A stretch of DNA of 64,000 nt from a virus. The notes under the pieces are model-generated. The model worked only from the letters and a program-made list of their open reading frames with translations. It ran no database searches and had not been told where the DNA came from. The stretch lies in the IMG/VR virus record IMGVR_UViG_3300048929_000185, positions 59,207 to 123,206 of that record; one strand, given 5' to 3'. Each line of letters opens with the position of its first letter. The stretch's first letter is position 1. Shown in pieces: positions 60,705-64,000 of this stretch. The position numbers and the translations under genes are program-made.

Positions 60705-62888
60705 ATGGCAGACGCAGGAAGAATTTTACCAGTATATCAAGGAGATTGGGTTCATAGAGCCTATGAAATATTAGATCAAGTAACACACGCAGGTTCTACA
60801 TATACAGCAAAAAATAATATAGCTGATAGTACTATAACTCCGGATTTAGATACTACAAATTGGTTTTGTAGCTCAAAGGGGTTTGTAGGAAGCTCTTTAT
60901 CTGATATTACAGCAACTGACACAAGTGGTTTATTGGGAGCTGTAGGTGCAGAAGTTGGCGGACAGGAATTAACAGATGAAATTGCAAATAGGGTTGCTAC
61001 GGAATTATTGCCGTATTCTCACATAATAAACGATCAGACAAAAGAAGATGAAGGATATGCAGCAGACGCTAGACAACTTAATCCAAATATTGAAAATAGT
61101 TTGGCGTATAAAGTTAATCAAGCGAGTAACAAACTTGTTTGTGACTTGGTGAAAAGATTACAATCTGGTCAAGTAGAAAAAATTAAACTTATAGGCGATA
61201 GTATTACAGAAGGATATGGGGCAACAAATCATGTGAATATATTCCCGAATGTTGATAATGGAAATCCTGTAATTTTTAATAATACTTCAGACACTATATA
61301 TTATGAGTCTTTATATACGGACGCAAACTGGGCTAATAAATTTAGGAAGTATATAAATAATATTTTTCCTACTGTTCAATTTGTAAATGCGGGGATTGGT
61401 GGTAAGGACACCACTTGGGCTTTGGCGAATAAGCAATATTGGGTAGAGAATGAAGAAGATGTGATGTTCGTTATGTTGGGAGCAAACGATAGGTGGAATA
61501 TAACACCGGAACAATACAAAACAAATCTGGTGAATTTTCTTGCATATATAAAAGCTCATTGTAATCAGATAATAGTAATGAGTACTCCAATGTCAAAAGA
61601 TGACACAACGATAACATTTACTACTAATTTAATAGATAGAATAGTAACTGAAGTTTGTATTGAAAACAGGTACCCTCATATTTCATTATATCGAGAATTA
61701 AAAAAGATGGGAGATGTATATGGAATAGACCCAGAACAATTTCTTCACGATACAACTCATACCAACAATTTAGGACATAGCGCGATTTGGATGATATTAC
61801 AAGATAAATTAGGCATAGCAGACAATACCCTATCCCTAAATGACATACTTAAAAACCAATTTGGGAAAAACAGACAGTTTATAATTGATGGTAATTTTCA
61901 AGTTGCTCAGGCAAACCCAATAGTAGGATCGGAGATTATAAATCCGACAGCATATTCATACCCAGTTTTTGATATGTGGAAAGTTGGATATTATTTAAAC
62001 AGTGGTTCATTTCCAACAATAAAACACTCGCAAAGAAGGATTACAGATAGTGGTGCTCAATATGGCAGTGTTCAGTTTTCAAAATATTGCTACAGAATTA
62101 ACGTAAATGGCAGCGGAACTATTTCTGACGGAATTTATGATATAATTAATTATGTTGAAAACGGAGTTTCCAATTATTGTATTAGTAACGAAGAAATTAT
62201 TGTCACATTTTTCGCTAGATCAAGCATAAGCGGTAAAAAGATAAGGGTTGGTCTTGAACTTGATTATGGAACCGGTGGAAATCCATCTGCTTCATCCTGG
62301 TTATATAATCCATCGGATATAGACTTAACTAATAATTGGAAAAAACACACGGCTGTATTTAAATGCCCAGATTTCTCAACGAAAACATTTGGAACAAATA
62401 ATAATGATAAATTAGCATTACATTTTTCTCTCGCCGGTACGTTCCAAAATTTTGTTGGTTCGGGAGATATAGAAATAACACAAGTTTGTGCTGGATCTCA
62501 ATTTACAAAATTTAAATATAAAACATTCAATGAAGAATTGACAGATTGTCAAAGATATTATGAAAAGAGTTATAAATACACAAACTCGATTGGAAGTTCA
62601 AATTCATGGGATGATGCTGATTTTGTAGTAAATACAGGCGGGGCATATCACCTGATGTCTATGTTTATAAAATATAAGGTACCAAAATATGCCATACCCA
62701 CAATGAAGATAATATCATTTGATGGTACGGGAAATACAATAAAAGATTTAGATACATCCACCAATTTAAATACATCTAGCGTAGAAATAGTTGCGCGAAG
62801 CAGTGGGTTTGAGATAGTTTCACCAACTAATACTTTTGTGAACGGACATGTATATGGTTTTCAGTGGGTCGCTGATTGCAGATTATGA
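60705..62888 (+). CDS. Tail fibre / receptor-binding protein with SGNH/GDSL esterase domain
   Basis: GDSIT, NAGIGG, GAND and DTTH blocks; IDGNFQVAQ..EELTDCQRYYE fibre module. Confidence 0.8.
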   Translation: MADAGRILPVYQGDWVHRAYEILDQVTHAGSTYTAKNNIADSTITPDLDTTNWFCSSKGFVGSSLSDITATDTSGLLGAVGAEVGGQELTDEIANRVATELLPYSHIINDQTKEDEGYAADARQLNPNIENSLAYKVNQASNKLVCDLVKRLQSGQVEKIKLIGDSITEGYGATNHVNIFPNVDNGNPVIFNNTSDTIYYESLYTDANWANKFRKYINNIFPTVQFVNAGIGGKDTTWALANKQYWVENEEDVMFVMLGANDRWNITPEQYKTNLVNFLAYIKAHCNQIIVMSTPMSKDDTTITFTTNLIDRIVTEVCIENRYPHISLYRELKKMGDVYGIDPEQFLHDTTHTNNLGHSAIWMILQDKLGIADNTLSLNDILKNQFGKNRQFIIDGNFQVAQANPIVGSEIINPTAYSYPVFDMWKVGYYLNSGSFPTIKHSQRRITDSGAQYGSVQFSKYCYRINVNGSGTISDGIYDIINYVENGVSNYCISNEEIIVTFFARSSISGKKIRVGLELDYGTGGNPSASSWLYNPSDIDLTNNWKKHTAVFKCPDFSTKTFGTNNNDKLALHFSLAGTFQNFVGSGDIEITQVCAGSQFTKFKYKTFNEELTDCQRYYEKSYKYTNSIGSSNSWDDADFVVNTGGAYHLMSMFIKYKVPKYAIPTMKIISFDGTGNTIKDLDTSTNLNTSSVEIVARSSGFEIVSPTNTFVNGHVYGFQWVADCRL

Positions 62889-62914
62889 TAAAATCGTGAT
62901 TTATTGGCATTTCA

Positions 62915-62985
62915 AGACTATATATAGTGGTTTATATAATATCATTCCACTATATATAGTGTATGCCGATACAATATGTTGTGTG
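62915..62985. promoter_or_regulatory. Tandem NrdR-box-like palindromes
   Basis: ACTATATATAGT at 62917 and 62949 (32 bp apart); weaker ACAATATGTTGTG at 62971. Confidence 0.45.
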
Positions 62986-63181
62986 TCTCATCTTATTTAT
63001 TCATATCACTATCAATAAGGGCTTTTACATATCCACTCATAGCTTTGTAGCTTTGTGTTTCATAATGGGCCTTTATGGCTTCGTATTCGTCAATGGGAAT
63101 ATAGACTTTTACAGTCTTGTAAGTTTGCTTATTGTATTCCCTGACATATTCTGTTCTTTCTTGCATAAAAAATTAATCCTT

Positions 63182-63367
63182 TCAACTATCCATATCCGCG
63201 TCAATAAGGGCATTTACGTAACTGTTTAATGATTTGTACCCCTTGGCTTTCCAATGACTTTCTATGACAGCTTTCTTGCCTTTAGGAAAATTGATACTTG
63301 CGCGGTCATAGGCTTCTTTTGCAAATTCATTTTTGTACTTAGTAGAATTAAAATCACTCATATCCAT
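63182..63367 (-). CDS. Arc/RHH-like small DNA-binding protein
   Basis: YKNEFAKEAYDRASINFPKGKK..SLNSYVNALI; AAAGGA RBS. Confidence 0.7.
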   Translation of the reverse strand: MDMSDFNSTKYKNEFAKEAYDRASINFPKGKKAVIESHWKAKGYKSLNSYVNALIDADMDS

Positions 63368-63616
63368 TCCTTTCAGCATTTTTTGCGCGCCAACTTCATT
63401 ATTGATTATTGTAACACTGAACGATAAAGAAAAATCCACCCTTAACACGGTAAATGTTTTTCAGGGTGGATTTTCTGTTTACATAGATAAGTTAAAAAAA
63501 TAGCCTACCCTGCTGCAAACAAGGCATACACGAGTTGCGAATACTCATGTATTATCGGTTACTTTAAATTAATTATATCACGAGGATAGTTAAAATTCAA
63601 GTTGCAATTATTATTT

Positions 63617-63856
63617 TTAATCGCAAGTTTCCTCTTTATATGGCAAGATCTCTATTGTCCTAGCCTTTGTCGGATCACGCCTTATATATCCCATCTCTTC
63701 TATCTTTTTTAGATTATTAGATATGGTTCCTGTAGACTTAATCCCCAATGCTTCGCCTATCTCATGCATTGATGGTGGATATCCCTTATTATAAACGTAG
63801 TCAAGAATGTATCGGTATATCTTTGACTGTGTATCGGTCATGTTTTGCTTTTTCAT
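63617..63856 (-). CDS. LexA DNA-binding domain-only protein
   Basis: TQSKIYRYI..GYPPSMHEIGEALGIKSTGTI..LKKIEEMGYIRRDPTKARTIEI; ends with no S24 protease domain. Confidence 0.85.
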   Translation of the reverse strand: MKKQNMTDTQSKIYRYILDYVYNKGYPPSMHEIGEALGIKSTGTISNNLKKIEEMGYIRRDPTKARTIEILPYKEETCD

Positions 63857-64000
63857 ATTTTCATACCTCCATGGTATGATTATATCATATGTGATTCAAG
63901 AATTAAATATGTAGTAATGTTAAAAGCACGCAAAAAAATAAAGCCAGAAATTAATCTGGCTCTAGTATTATTTCTTATCCGTATTCTCTAATATATTTTT

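Larger units (their letters stand above)
1..64000. mobile_element. Large SPbeta-like temperate siphophage/prophage segment (no att site or host gene recognised in the window)
   Basis: Gene order RNAP - metallophosphoesterase - HU - terminase - portal - capsid - tail - TMP - Dit - Tal resembles the SPbeta yon/yom cluster; cell-wall-binding repeats suggest a Lachnospiraceae-like host. Confidence 0.9.

Noticed and set aside
60705-62888. Diversity-generating retroelement or retron
   Set aside because: No reverse transcriptase in the window; no TR/VR pair seen
62963-63229. 88-aa hydrophobic plus-strand ORF
   Set aside because: No RBS; overlaps palindromic sites and the RHH gene end; likely spurious

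Overview
The whole window looks like part of a large AT-rich temperate siphophage or prophage of a clostridial (Lachnospiraceae-like) host, with SPbeta-like gene order. Layout: (i) 1-7.7 kb, a leftward array of small early genes separated by a recurrent TAAAA-N5/6-TTTTA motif and structured RNAs (a clear twister ribozyme, a degenerate hammerhead, a ~550-nt structured leader/ncRNA); (ii) a ~2 kb non-coding region with mirror-image strand skew; (iii) a rightward region with a YonO-like single-subunit RNA polymerase whose catalytic DxDGD motif is split by a 340-nt ORF-less group I intron (13885-14224), an atypical tRNA-Ser(UGA), beta-CASP RNase, ClpP, metallophosphoesterase, HU, Rha, tyrosine recombinase, a large pseudoknotted ncRNA candidate, endolysin and holin; (iv) terminase-portal-capsid-tail genes with two related free-standing zinc-ribbon endonucleases (one triply frameshifted); (v) an accessory island inside the tail module (PemK/MazF with a downstream sRNA, repressor/antirepressor, GNAT toxin-antitoxin pair, RepL-like protein); (vi) BppU-like protein, SGNH-esterase tail fibre, tandem NrdR-like boxes and a LexA DNA-binding-domain-only gene. 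All family assignments come from motif recognition by eye; no database searches were run.
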